Of a stretch of DNA of 64,000 bases, positions 49,890 to 58,720 are shown in pieces. This DNA is from an uncultured bacterium. Its GTDB lineage: Bacteria; Babelota; Babeliae; Babelales; Babelaceae. The position numbers and the translations under genes were made by a program. The notes beneath the pieces are model-generated. The model saw only the letters and a list, made by a program, of their open reading frames with translations, ran no database searches and had not been told where the DNA came from. Position 1 is the stretch's first letter. Every line of letters starts with the position of its first letter. The DNA is taken from contig OY970209.1 in the NCBI GenBank assembly GCA_963713855.1, positions 1,216,001-1,280,000 on the forward strand, read 5' to 3'.

Positions 49890-50269
49890 AAGCCATGACT
49901 AATAGTGCCACCCATGCCCTTGGCTTTTGCCTTTTGCTCAGGCGATAGACCCAGGAAATATATTCCTTCCCCTCTTTCCAAAGCTTTGCTCATATTTTTT
50001 TGCCAGTCCTTATAGATTTTGCCTTCAGGAATGATTCTTTGAGAAAATTCAAATAAAGCTTCATAAAAATAGGGAAGCGACGAAATTTCTTGTAAAGTAT
50101 CACATACTTCGATGCTTTCAACAGCAACTATTCCAAATTTTGACAAATGTTTTGTAACTATATCGAGAAGTGGCTGCGGATCTACACGATTAAAAATTCG
50201 ACCCCACGTTATGAACCCTACTATGCCAAAGGTCTTGTCCACTATCTTAATGCCAACTAAATCTTCCAT
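49874..50269 (-). CDS. Probable orphan immunity protein
   Basis: Directly downstream of the cognate immunity gene; FITWGRI...PYFYEALF. Confidence 0.55.
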   Translation of the reverse strand: MEDLVGIKIVDKTFGIVGFITWGRIFNRVDPQPLLDIVTKHLSKFGIVAVESIEVCDTLQEISSLPYFYEALFEFSQRIIPEGKIYKDWQKNMSKALERGEGIYFLGLSPEQKAKAKGMGGTISHGFWYGD

Positions 50270-50309
50270 CGATTCTCAATAAATCTTCATTATATCGATA
50301 AAAACGATT

Positions 50310-50780
50310 TTATTCTGCACATAGTAGTCCACTGTTCAAGTCTTCTAATTTTACAACCCATTCAGAAATTTTTCCCTCTTGCCCGAGATGGTATTTTGGC
50401 CCAATAAAGCTATAGCAATCGTCGACGGTAAAAGCACCTGGAGCTATTGTTTCTCTAAGAAGTTCTGAAACTAAGATTTGATTATGGAGGATGATTTTAT
50501 CGTTTTCCCTATACAGGGTCCACCAGTTAATAAAAGGTCTTTCTATCCCCGGCACCATATTAGGATTTTGCACTGTAGTCACTAGGCACGATGTTGGTAA
50601 CTTTTTTATCCTCTCAAGCCCTTCATGCCACTGTCTCTTATAATCTCCCAAGCTCCATTGAGCAACAGACATGACAAACTTTTCTTCAAAGTCGTTAATT
50701 TGTATTCTGCCCCAATAGCTAAGTAAACCATTTATTTTCTTCGGCTTATCGCTAACTACTTGTATTAATAGGCCTTTCAT
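50310..50780 (-). CDS. CdiI-like immunity protein (Enterobacter cloacae CdiI type)
   Basis: IQINDFEE, WSLGDYKRQW, WTLYRE, terminal KISEW match CdiI-ECL; TAATG stop/start overlap with the toxin. Confidence 0.8.
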   Translation of the reverse strand: MKGLLIQVVSDKPKKINGLLSYWGRIQINDFEEKFVMSVAQWSLGDYKRQWHEGLERIKKLPTSCLVTTVQNPNMVPGIERPFINWWTLYRENDKIILHNQILVSELLRETIAPGAFTVDDCYSFIGPKYHLGQEGKISEWVVKLEDLNSGLLCAE

Positions 50781-51640
50781 TAGTCTCCTACCCTGTCTTT
50801 TAAATCATCATCTGAGTAGGTTCCCTCACGGTTTCCATGCTTATCAAAAACTTTCCAACGACCTCCCTTATGACCATCGACATCAGGGGAAACATATCTC
50901 GTACCATCTTTAAACACAGGTTGTCCGTGAGAATCTATCGGAGCATCATTTACTTCTTTCCATCCTTTCTCACCTGCTATTTTACGGGCGTCTTTTCTGG
51001 TCATGTTCTGAATAATATCATCATAATCATAATCTACTCCACCTTTTGCACCCATCTTTCTCATCGCTCTATTAACAGCCCAAGTTGCCGCCAAAGCACC
51101 TACCGTATATACTGTCGCAGCTCCGATAGCATCCCATCCAGCAAATGCAATACCACCTGCGCCCCAGACGATCAGCGGTATAACATTATGTACAAGAATG
51201 TCTTCATGAGATATACAGAAATTTTGAAACTCCTCTACAGCGATATTGTATGCAACATCTTTCAATGCTACTGCTTTTACATGCTCAACAACAACCGGTT
51301 CAAAACAGTTCTTCAAAAGAACATGCCCAGCTTTTAGTTCATCAGCTAGAATCCAATCTTTTTCTGGCGCCAAATAAAACTTATGATCATCTGCCACAGT
51401 TATTGCTTGACCATTAACCGTAACGATAAAAAACCCACCTGCGTGCTTTTGTTGAGTGTGGGTAACTCTTCTTTCAACACATGCGCCTTGCAAATCGAAG
51501 CTGATAACGACATCATCTACTTTAAGTTTCTCGATGGGTGTATAACCTTCTGGCGTTTTGACTAATGTTCCGGCTATAAATCCTTCACCATGAGCAAGGC
51601 TTATTGTTAAAAGGCATAAAAGTATTAACATTCTTTTCAT
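50780..51640 (-). CDS. Polymorphic toxin: signal peptide + Hint domain + hydrophobic segment + Ntox21-like RNase
   Basis: GFIAGTLV...YNIAVEEFQNF...ILVHN Hint motifs; SHGQPVF...YVSPDVDGHKGGRWK...GTY toxin motifs. Confidence 0.85.
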   Translation of the reverse strand: MKRMLILLCLLTISLAHGEGFIAGTLVKTPEGYTPIEKLKVDDVVISFDLQGACVERRVTHTQQKHAGGFFIVTVNGQAITVADDHKFYLAPEKDWILADELKAGHVLLKNCFEPVVVEHVKAVALKDVAYNIAVEEFQNFCISHEDILVHNVIPLIVWGAGGIAFAGWDAIGAATVYTVGALAATWAVNRAMRKMGAKGGVDYDYDDIIQNMTRKDARKIAGEKGWKEVNDAPIDSHGQPVFKDGTRYVSPDVDGHKGGRWKVFDKHGNREGTYSDDDLKDRVGD

Positions 51641-51760
51641 AATATTTTTTAACCTCAGATATTGCTAACGTACAATCAAAATTCGCTTTATTTTAGAACA
51701 AACTATGGTAAAGTCAATGTTTTCTAAGTAATATGAGAAAAACGACAAACTCGAGAAAAC

Positions 51761-52522
51761 ATGAAAAGCACTATTACTCTTTACGAGCTTGAAACGTATT
51801 TAAACTCACTTTTAGACCCAAATAAGATGGAAGATGGCTGCCCAAATGGTGTACAAATTGCAAATGATCAACCTATTGAGCATATTGCAACAGCCGTAAG
51901 CGCTAGCCTTGAAGCTATAGAAAAAGCAGCAACGCTTAACGCTCAAGCATTGATAGTACATCACGGCATATTCAAAAAAAATGATCCCTATCCTATTACC
52001 GGAACTAACTTTCGGAAGATAAAAACGCTTATGGAAAATGGTATCGCGCTTTTGACATATCATTTACCCTTAGACGCTCATCGTACCCTTGGAAATAACT
52101 GGAAAGCCGCGTATGACCTAGGGCTAACCGACTTACAACCATTTGCTGAATATTGCAAGGCGCCCATTGGTGTTATCGGTTCACTAAAGCCCACACCGTT
52201 TAAGACTTTTAAAGAGAAAGTTGAGTCGTATTACAATCGCCCTGCGCAAGCTGTTTGCGTTAAAGATCCTGTCACACGTATAGCAATAGTTTCTGGTGCT
52301 GGAGAAAAGTGTATCGCGGAAGCTCAAAAAGAAGGCGCAGATTGCTTAATTACTGGGAGAGTCGATGAGCCCGTATGGGACAATGCTCACGAAGAGGGTA
52401 TCTCATTCCTCGGATTAGGGCACTACGCAACTGAGGTTATTGGCGTGAAAGCACTCGCTGATCATCTTGAAGAGACGTATCGAATTCCTTGCACATTTAT
52501 TAAGACAAAAAATCCCTTTTAA
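51761..52522 (+). CDS. Nif3/YbgI-like dinuclear metal centre hexameric protein
   Basis: PNGVQI, LIVHHG, YHLPLDAH, GNN, GHYATE, terminal NPF. Confidence 0.93.
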   Translation: MKSTITLYELETYLNSLLDPNKMEDGCPNGVQIANDQPIEHIATAVSASLEAIEKAATLNAQALIVHHGIFKKNDPYPITGTNFRKIKTLMENGIALLTYHLPLDAHRTLGNNWKAAYDLGLTDLQPFAEYCKAPIGVIGSLKPTPFKTFKEKVESYYNRPAQAVCVKDPVTRIAIVSGAGEKCIAEAQKEGADCLITGRVDEPVWDNAHEEGISFLGLGHYATEVIGVKALADHLEETYRIPCTFIKTKNPF

Positions 52523-52526
52523 AAAT

Positions 52527-52550
52527 AGAAAGGGGCATTAACCCCTTTCT
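52527..52550. terminator. Bidirectional terminator between convergent genes
   Basis: AGAAAGGGG-CATTAA-CCCCTTTCT. Confidence 0.7.
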
Positions 52551-52573
52551 CTCTAAAGCGATTAAATTACTTT

Positions 52574-54097
52574 CTAAGAAACTGGCCAGTGCATAATTAA
52601 ATCAATAAAGAGCCTTACGCCGAATCCTGTAGCGCCCCATCGGTAGTAGCTAATATCGGGCACGTTAAATGCTGTACCAGCAATATCCAAATGTGCCCAA
52701 GGAACTTCTTCAACAAAATTATTTAAGAAAAATCCTGCCGTGATGGCCCCTGCACGGTACTTATCTTGACCGATGTTACAAATGTCTGCTATCTCAGAGC
52801 GAATTGACACTTTGTAATCGTCATGGAATGGTAACCTCCAAACACGATCACCGGTCCGATGAGACGCAGCTTCAATTTTTTCAACAAGTGAATCATATTT
52901 GCTTACAAGACCACTGTAAAAAGGCCCTAACGCGGCAGCACAAGCTCCAGTCAACGTAGCCGCATCAATAATTGCATCAAGCTTATAGTGCTTAACGGCG
53001 TACGATAAAGCGTCTGCAAGAATAAGCCGCCCTTCAGCATCAGTATTTTTTACCTCTGCAGTTTTACCGTTATAAAACGTAATAATATCACCGGGACGCA
53101 TCGCACTGCCGCTTGGCATGTTTTCAACAAGCGGTGCTATCGCGATAACGTTTATTCGTGGCTTTAAATGGGCTATTGCTTCAATGGCAGATATGACGAC
53201 CGCAGCTCCAGCCATATCGTCTTTCATGGTCTCCATAGCAACGGCAGGTTTAATGCTTAAGCCTCCCGAATCAAAGGTTACACCTTTACCGACCAAGGCT
53301 ATGGTAGGCGCATTAGGATGTTGGGTACGGTATTCCATAATGACGAGGCGAGGTTCTTCAACAGAACCCTTTGAAACACCAATTATGCCTCCCATTCCCA
53401 TTTTTTCTATGTCCGCTTTTCTAAATACGTTAATATTCAGGCCATGAGTTGCAGCTATGCGCTCCATACGTTCAGCAAATGTGACGGGGTTAATAAAATT
53501 GCCGGGCAAATCGCACCATTGACGGGCTTGATTGACTGCGTACCCGATACGCTCACCCTCGTGCATGCCAACTTTACATTCGGCAAGCATGTAATCTGGG
53601 ACACAGAGCGTAACTTCAAAATCTGGATGCTTTTTACGAGCGGGGTCGGTAATAAATTGATCAAAGTGAAAACAGCTCATATCAATTGTAGCAGCAGTTT
53701 CTTGCGCCAAGCGGTGAGGAGTAATGCCGAATAAACGAGGATCAGGTAGCGAGAGTGCAACCGTCTTAAGGCGTAAATGTTCTACAGATCGTACCATGAG
53801 CCCAAGTGCACGACGATACTGTTCTACTTGGTCCTCAACTGAGAGCTTAGGAAGATTTCCTAGCCCAAAAAGCATCAAGTATACAGCTTGTCCGTCACGT
53901 TGACCGGCAAGAACAAGACTCTGATTAGAGTGTCCTTTAAAAGAACGCTCTTCGATAGCTTTTTTAAGCGGCTGATAAAAAGGTTGAAGTTCGTCAACGA
54001 GAGGGTTTTTAAGCACTTCATTTTCTGGGCAAAAGACTGCAAGGCCTTGCGCTTTTTGTTCGCTAATAGCTTTATTGCTAAGTGTAAACGTGAGCAT
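52574..54097 (-). CDS. pepA: Leucyl aminopeptidase (M17)
   Basis: VGKGVTFDSGG, MKDDMAG, NTDAEGRL, ATLTGA, WAHLDIAG. Confidence 0.97.
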   Translation of the reverse strand: MLTFTLSNKAISEQKAQGLAVFCPENEVLKNPLVDELQPFYQPLKKAIEERSFKGHSNQSLVLAGQRDGQAVYLMLFGLGNLPKLSVEDQVEQYRRALGLMVRSVEHLRLKTVALSLPDPRLFGITPHRLAQETAATIDMSCFHFDQFITDPARKKHPDFEVTLCVPDYMLAECKVGMHEGERIGYAVNQARQWCDLPGNFINPVTFAERMERIAATHGLNINVFRKADIEKMGMGGIIGVSKGSVEEPRLVIMEYRTQHPNAPTIALVGKGVTFDSGGLSIKPAVAMETMKDDMAGAAVVISAIEAIAHLKPRINVIAIAPLVENMPSGSAMRPGDIITFYNGKTAEVKNTDAEGRLILADALSYAVKHYKLDAIIDAATLTGACAAALGPFYSGLVSKYDSLVEKIEAASHRTGDRVWRLPFHDDYKVSIRSEIADICNIGQDKYRAGAITAGFFLNNFVEEVPWAHLDIAGTAFNVPDISYYRWGATGFGVRLFIDLIMHWPVS

Positions 54098-54186
54098 ATT
54101 TGTTCCTGCTTTTTTAGGGTTTATACCTATACCATTAAGTATAGCTCAAAAAAACAACAGAACTAATAGAAAAAGAAGTCTCGTAG

Positions 54187-54396
54187 CTAGCCGGTAGCTA
54201 AAGAGGGGTTATAAGCGATGCTAGAAACATTTGTTTTAAAGATGCTTATATATTCAGGCTTTTGCAAAGCTGATAGTTCCATATGAATTGCTTTCACTTG
54301 CTTTTGTTCCCGAGCAATTTCAGCACGAACAAAGACTATGTAAAGCAAAATATTTAAGAGGATTGGCAATAATAACAATAAATATTTGAGCAACAT
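54187..54396 (-). CDS. Small bitopic membrane protein with short coiled coil (weakly FtsL/DivIC-like)
   Basis: One TM helix, heptad stretch, LQKPEYI. Confidence 0.35.
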   Translation of the reverse strand: MLLKYLLLLLPILLNILLYIVFVRAEIAREQKQVKAIHMELSALQKPEYISIFKTNVSSIAYNPSLATG

Positions 54397-54507
54397 TATG
54401 ATTACTACTTCTTAAAAGTAACCGATATAATTACACTATACTTAGCACAATCAGGTAATTAAAGCAACTTCGCTCATTAAAAGTAATTTTAAAAATTTTT
54501 CAGATGT

Positions 54508-56118
54508 CTACAATTTGTTGAAATATTTCTTGTGTACGCAAGCTGCTTTTATGAGCCCAACAAATAAAGGATGGGGTATGAGAGGCTTGCTCTTAAATTC
54601 AGGATGAAATTGGCACGCTACAAAAAAGGGATGTTCGCGTAGTTCGATTATTTCGGGTAGTCCTTCACGCTCATACATGCCTGACGCTATGAGTCCTTCT
54701 TTTTCAAAATCTTTTACGTATCTTGGATTAAATTCGTAGCGATGGCGGTGGCGTTCATGAATAAGTAAGCTTTTATACAGTGCGTAAGCTTTACTGCCTT
54801 TTACAATAGTGCATGGATATGATCCTACACGCATGGTTCCACCTTTACGTAAAACCGCTGCTTGCTCCTTCATAAGTGCAACAACCGGATGAGTTGTATT
54901 CTTATCAAACTCCGTTGAGTGAGCATCAGCGTATCCTAGAACGTTTCGAGCAAACTCTATAACGGCAACTTGCATACCTAAACAAATACCCAGGTAGGGC
55001 ACTTTACGCTCACGTGCATAGCGCGCTGCCAAAATTTTGCCTTCAACTCCCCGCTCTCCAAAACCGCCCGGAACAAGAATGCATTGTGCATGCTTTAGCC
55101 GCTCATGCACAGTAGAGGGAGTCAAGGTCTCAGCATCAACCCAATCTATTGTAATCTTGGCTTTAGTGGGAGCTTGTGCCGCTATGAGCGCCTCATGTAT
55201 GCTTTTGTACGCGTCGGGAAAATCAACATACTTTCCCACAATCGCTACCGTAATGGCTCCCTCAAGATGTGCTAGAGCATCCAAAAATGCTCGCCAGGAT
55301 TTGAGATTCGGTGAGTGATAGGGTATATTCAAATGCTGAGCTAATGCCTTTCCAAGCCCTTCACCGTCAAAATATAATGGTGCTTCATAAATGCTTTTAA
55401 GGTCTGGCGCAGAAAACACAGAGGACTCAGCAACGTTAGTAAAGAGAGCAATTTTTTTCTTAATATCTGGCGAAAGGGCTTCACAAGCCCGACCTATGAT
55501 ACTATCCGGCTGTATGCCAAGCGAACGTAGCTCTTTAACAGAATGTTGAGTAGGCTTCGTTTTAAGTTCTTTTGCAACTGCGATATAGGGAATATAAGTA
55601 ACGTGTATATGCATAGAAGATGTAGGACCAACTTCTAATCTTAGCTGCCGTATGGCTTCAATGAAAGGCAGACCCTCAATATCACCGACGGTTCCACCAA
55701 CCTCGACAATGAGAATATTGGCATCATCTGATGCATTGCGTATTGCATCTTTGATTTCATTAGTAAAATGGGGAATAGTTTGGACCGTTTGTCCTAAAAA
55801 AGTGCCGAGCCTTTCTTTTTCAAGTAAGCGCGCATAAAGCTGGCCCGCTGTTGCGTTATTACGTTTAGAAAGCGTTACGTTAGTAAAACGCTCGTAGTGG
55901 CCAAGATCTAGGTCGGTCTCCGCACCGTCATCAGTTACAAAAACCTCGCCATGCTCGTATGGGCTCATGGTTCCCGGGTCAACATTTAAATAGGGATCGA
56001 GTTTGAGAAATGAAACTGTGTACCCAATCCCCTCAAGCAAAGTGCCTATAGCCGAAGCTGCAATGCCTTTACCTAAAGATGAAAGCACACCACCAGTAAT
56101 AAAAATATATTTGCGCAT
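54508..56118 (-). CDS. pyrG: CTP synthase
   Basis: KYIFITGGVLSSLGKG, DPYLNVDPGTMSP, KTKPTQHSV, GICLGMQ, QFHPEF. Confidence 0.98.
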   Translation of the reverse strand: MRKYIFITGGVLSSLGKGIAASAIGTLLEGIGYTVSFLKLDPYLNVDPGTMSPYEHGEVFVTDDGAETDLDLGHYERFTNVTLSKRNNATAGQLYARLLEKERLGTFLGQTVQTIPHFTNEIKDAIRNASDDANILIVEVGGTVGDIEGLPFIEAIRQLRLEVGPTSSMHIHVTYIPYIAVAKELKTKPTQHSVKELRSLGIQPDSIIGRACEALSPDIKKKIALFTNVAESSVFSAPDLKSIYEAPLYFDGEGLGKALAQHLNIPYHSPNLKSWRAFLDALAHLEGAITVAIVGKYVDFPDAYKSIHEALIAAQAPTKAKITIDWVDAETLTPSTVHERLKHAQCILVPGGFGERGVEGKILAARYARERKVPYLGICLGMQVAVIEFARNVLGYADAHSTEFDKNTTHPVVALMKEQAAVLRKGGTMRVGSYPCTIVKGSKAYALYKSLLIHERHRHRYEFNPRYVKDFEKEGLIASGMYEREGLPEIIELREHPFFVACQFHPEFKSKPLIPHPLFVGLIKAACVHKKYFNKL

Positions 56119-56317
56119 ACTGAGTTTCCAAAAATATTCTGATGATTTTTTACCGTAATACTCATTAGTGTGCCATACATTTGCAGAAAGTCGAACGGCT
56201 AATACATCCATTTGAGGTAGTACGAGTCCATCGCAATGCATTTGACGGTACCCGCGAGATCTACTACGCTAATCAAACAGATTGGATCCAAAAAATCGTA
56301 TTTGAGCTGCGGAATCG

Positions 56318-56697
56318 ATGATTGTAAAAAGAAAAAAAGAGCTTGAAAGCATTGATTTAAAGAGTTACATAGTGCTTTTAGAAGAGCTAAAGCGGCGTAT
56401 TGAGCAATCTCAATTAAGAGCAGCTAAATGAGTTTATATTTATCTGCTGTTGATGATCAGCTCAAGAATGAAACGGATAATCCAAGCATGGGAATAATCC
56501 TTTGTAAAACAAAAAATGATCTTAAGGTGGAATATACTCTTCGAGATACAAGCAAGCCCATGGGTGTTGCTGAATATGTAGTAAAGACTTTAGAGTCTCT
56601 TCCAAAAAGTCTCAAAGTTAGCCTACCGACCAAAGAGCAACTTGAAGCAGAATTTGCTAAAAAGAGCCTTAAAAAAGCATCAAAAAATAAAATATGA
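56318..56697 (+). pseudogene. Internally deleted DUF1016/YhcG pseudogene
   Basis: N-terminal YIVLLEELKRRIEQSQLRAA joined out of frame to C-terminal KMSLYLSAVDD...DNPSMGIILCK...VEYTL...PMGVAEY. Confidence 0.8.
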
Positions 56698-56705
56698 AAG
56701 CTTCA

Positions 56706-57572
56706 CTATGTTTGTGAGCCCCGACTCATGGTCAGATAGATTGAAAACAATATCATAAGCATGGATAGAGCGTTTCTGATAGGATAATCGGTGATTTCTC
56801 TTAATGCAGCATCACGAAATTGAGCGAATCGGGTGGGAGGTATAAAGCGAGGTGTTTCCAAAACCCTAGCCCATTCAGCATGAACAAATTGCTCAGCAGC
56901 TCCAAGCCTTTCCGCAAGATTTTCATCTCCCAGTTGCTCTTGTTCCCAGTGCACCAAATCTATAAGAAGTTGAAGAGGAGTTTGGGTCACATCAGCAGTT
57001 GTTGCTTCTGGGTCAGCACCGTGAGCAACTAAATATTCCATTAAAAACCAGTCACCTTCAATAGCCGCTATCTGAAAAGGGGTTAAAGCAAGAAAAAAGT
57101 CACTATTCCATATCGGGGCAGGACCGTTAAAAAGGCCCCTCTTATCACCAAGAATAGCTGTTAGACCAATTATTACCAATCCAGGCCTAAAGAGCCAGAG
57201 GACTGGTTCATTAATACCGTGGGTTTGAAAATAAGTATCAAGATACTTTCTTCTTTGCTCAGGATCTTCCGTGCCATGAACGTCCATTCTACCGTACGAC
57301 CTGCCATCGTCTAAAGCACGAACCATCCCTACTGCTGCTGTGTCTTCCGAGAGAAAACTAGGCACATTAGCTATTCTATAACTCCTTCTGCCATGAATAT
57401 TCTCAGTACCCACTACCCGAAATTCCATGGATCCTGAAAAATGCTCTGTAGGAGGAAGATTCTTAGAGGCCTTCCTGCCAACTTCATTTCTGTTTTCATA
57501 CGGACGTTCTGGGTGGTGCATAGCGTGCAATGAGGTAACGCCTAGAAGTGCAAAAAATAAAAATCTCTTCAT
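56706..57572 (-). CDS. Secreted ankyrin-containing protein with C-terminal hydrophobic anchor (paralog 1)
   Basis: Signal LHA|MH; TPFQIAAIEGDWFLMEYLVAHGADP. Confidence 0.75.
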   Translation of the reverse strand: MKRFLFFALLGVTSLHAMHHPERPYENRNEVGRKASKNLPPTEHFSGSMEFRVVGTENIHGRRSYRIANVPSFLSEDTAAVGMVRALDDGRSYGRMDVHGTEDPEQRRKYLDTYFQTHGINEPVLWLFRPGLVIIGLTAILGDKRGLFNGPAPIWNSDFFLALTPFQIAAIEGDWFLMEYLVAHGADPEATTADVTQTPLQLLIDLVHWEQEQLGDENLAERLGAAEQFVHAEWARVLETPRFIPPTRFAQFRDAALREITDYPIRNALSMLMILFSIYLTMSRGSQT

Positions 57573-57709
57573 TGTAATCCTTAACCTGGAAGGTCATAAT
57601 AATTTCAGATGTATAATTATTATAAACAAATAAAGGGCATTTCTCAACCATTTCACTTCAGACGCAGCTTTTCATCTGAATCTTTATTCAATCGCTAGAA
57701 GCTTTATGA

Positions 57710-58516
57710 TTATGCTTGAAAGCCATTTTGTGTAAGATAGAGTGCAACCAAGATACACATGAGCAAAGTTAAATCTCTTATAGGATGAGTGACAAGCTCG
57801 TTAATCGCACCATCACGAAATCTTGTCATTGCGTTATTTGAAGCACGTGGTGCCTGTAAAATTCTAGACCATTCAGCGCGAACAAATTGCTCAGCAGCTT
57901 CTTTTCGTTCATCAAGATCGTCTGTACCTAACATCTCTTGTTCCCATCTTACCAAGTTAATAAGAAGCTCAAGAGGAGTGAAAGCCACTTCCTCGGTTGT
58001 CCCTTCGGGGTTGGCGTCGTGAGCTAGTAAATATTCAATCGCATCCCAATCACCTTCCGCTGCTGCAATTTGAAGATACGTCATCGAAAGGAAAAATTTA
58101 CTCTTCCAAATGGTCTTGTCGCCTTCATAATGAATTACTTGGTTTCTCATAGAAGCCACTAACCCGTCAATCTGTACTTCCCGCCGATAAACATAGGTAT
58201 CTTGGCCATCAATGTCGTGAGTTTTAAAATACTCCTCTAGCTTTCGTCTTCCACCCACACTATTAAGATCCACGCCAAATCTTCTTGCCTGCAAAGGGTT
58301 ATTCGGGTCAAGTGTTCTTAACGAATATGTATGACCTCCTATTACGATATATGCACCAATATGCAGAGTTTCAGATTGCTGCGGATAAGTTCTTTGAGCT
58401 TTCGTACCAACCTCATCTCTGTGTTCGTACGGGCACTCCACTTCCTTTCTTTCTTCCATTGCACGAAGTGAAACAGCAAAAAATAGCAGCAGTAAAGCAT
58501 GCAAGCTCTTTTTCAT
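57710..58516 (-). CDS. Secreted ankyrin-containing protein with C-terminal hydrophobic anchor (paralog 2)
   Basis: Signal LRA|MEE; TYLQIAAAEGDWDAIEYLLAHDANP; C-half closely matches paralog 1. Confidence 0.75.
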   Translation of the reverse strand: MKKSLHALLLLFFAVSLRAMEERKEVECPYEHRDEVGTKAQRTYPQQSETLHIGAYIVIGGHTYSLRTLDPNNPLQARRFGVDLNSVGGRRKLEEYFKTHDIDGQDTYVYRREVQIDGLVASMRNQVIHYEGDKTIWKSKFFLSMTYLQIAAAEGDWDAIEYLLAHDANPEGTTEEVAFTPLELLINLVRWEQEMLGTDDLDERKEAAEQFVRAEWSRILQAPRASNNAMTRFRDGAINELVTHPIRDLTLLMCILVALYLTQNGFQA

Positions 58517-58720
58517 ATATTCCTTTCATGGCTCCTCATTATAAATCTCGATAGCTAGTTTAAAGTACGTATGAAAAAAAGCTAATTTTCATCTGGTACA
58601 CGATGGACTATAAATTCATCAATTTTATTGCGGGTAGAAATTAATAATTGATATGATGATGCAAATATTACACTGACAAAATATCACCCATTCTAGAAAC
58701 GCATAGGAGGAGTAACGAAA

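Noticed and set aside
51185..51583. Hint domain as a mobile splicing intein
   Set aside because: No N-terminal Cys/Ser, Val at +1, no homing endonuclease, and not inserted in a conserved host protein.
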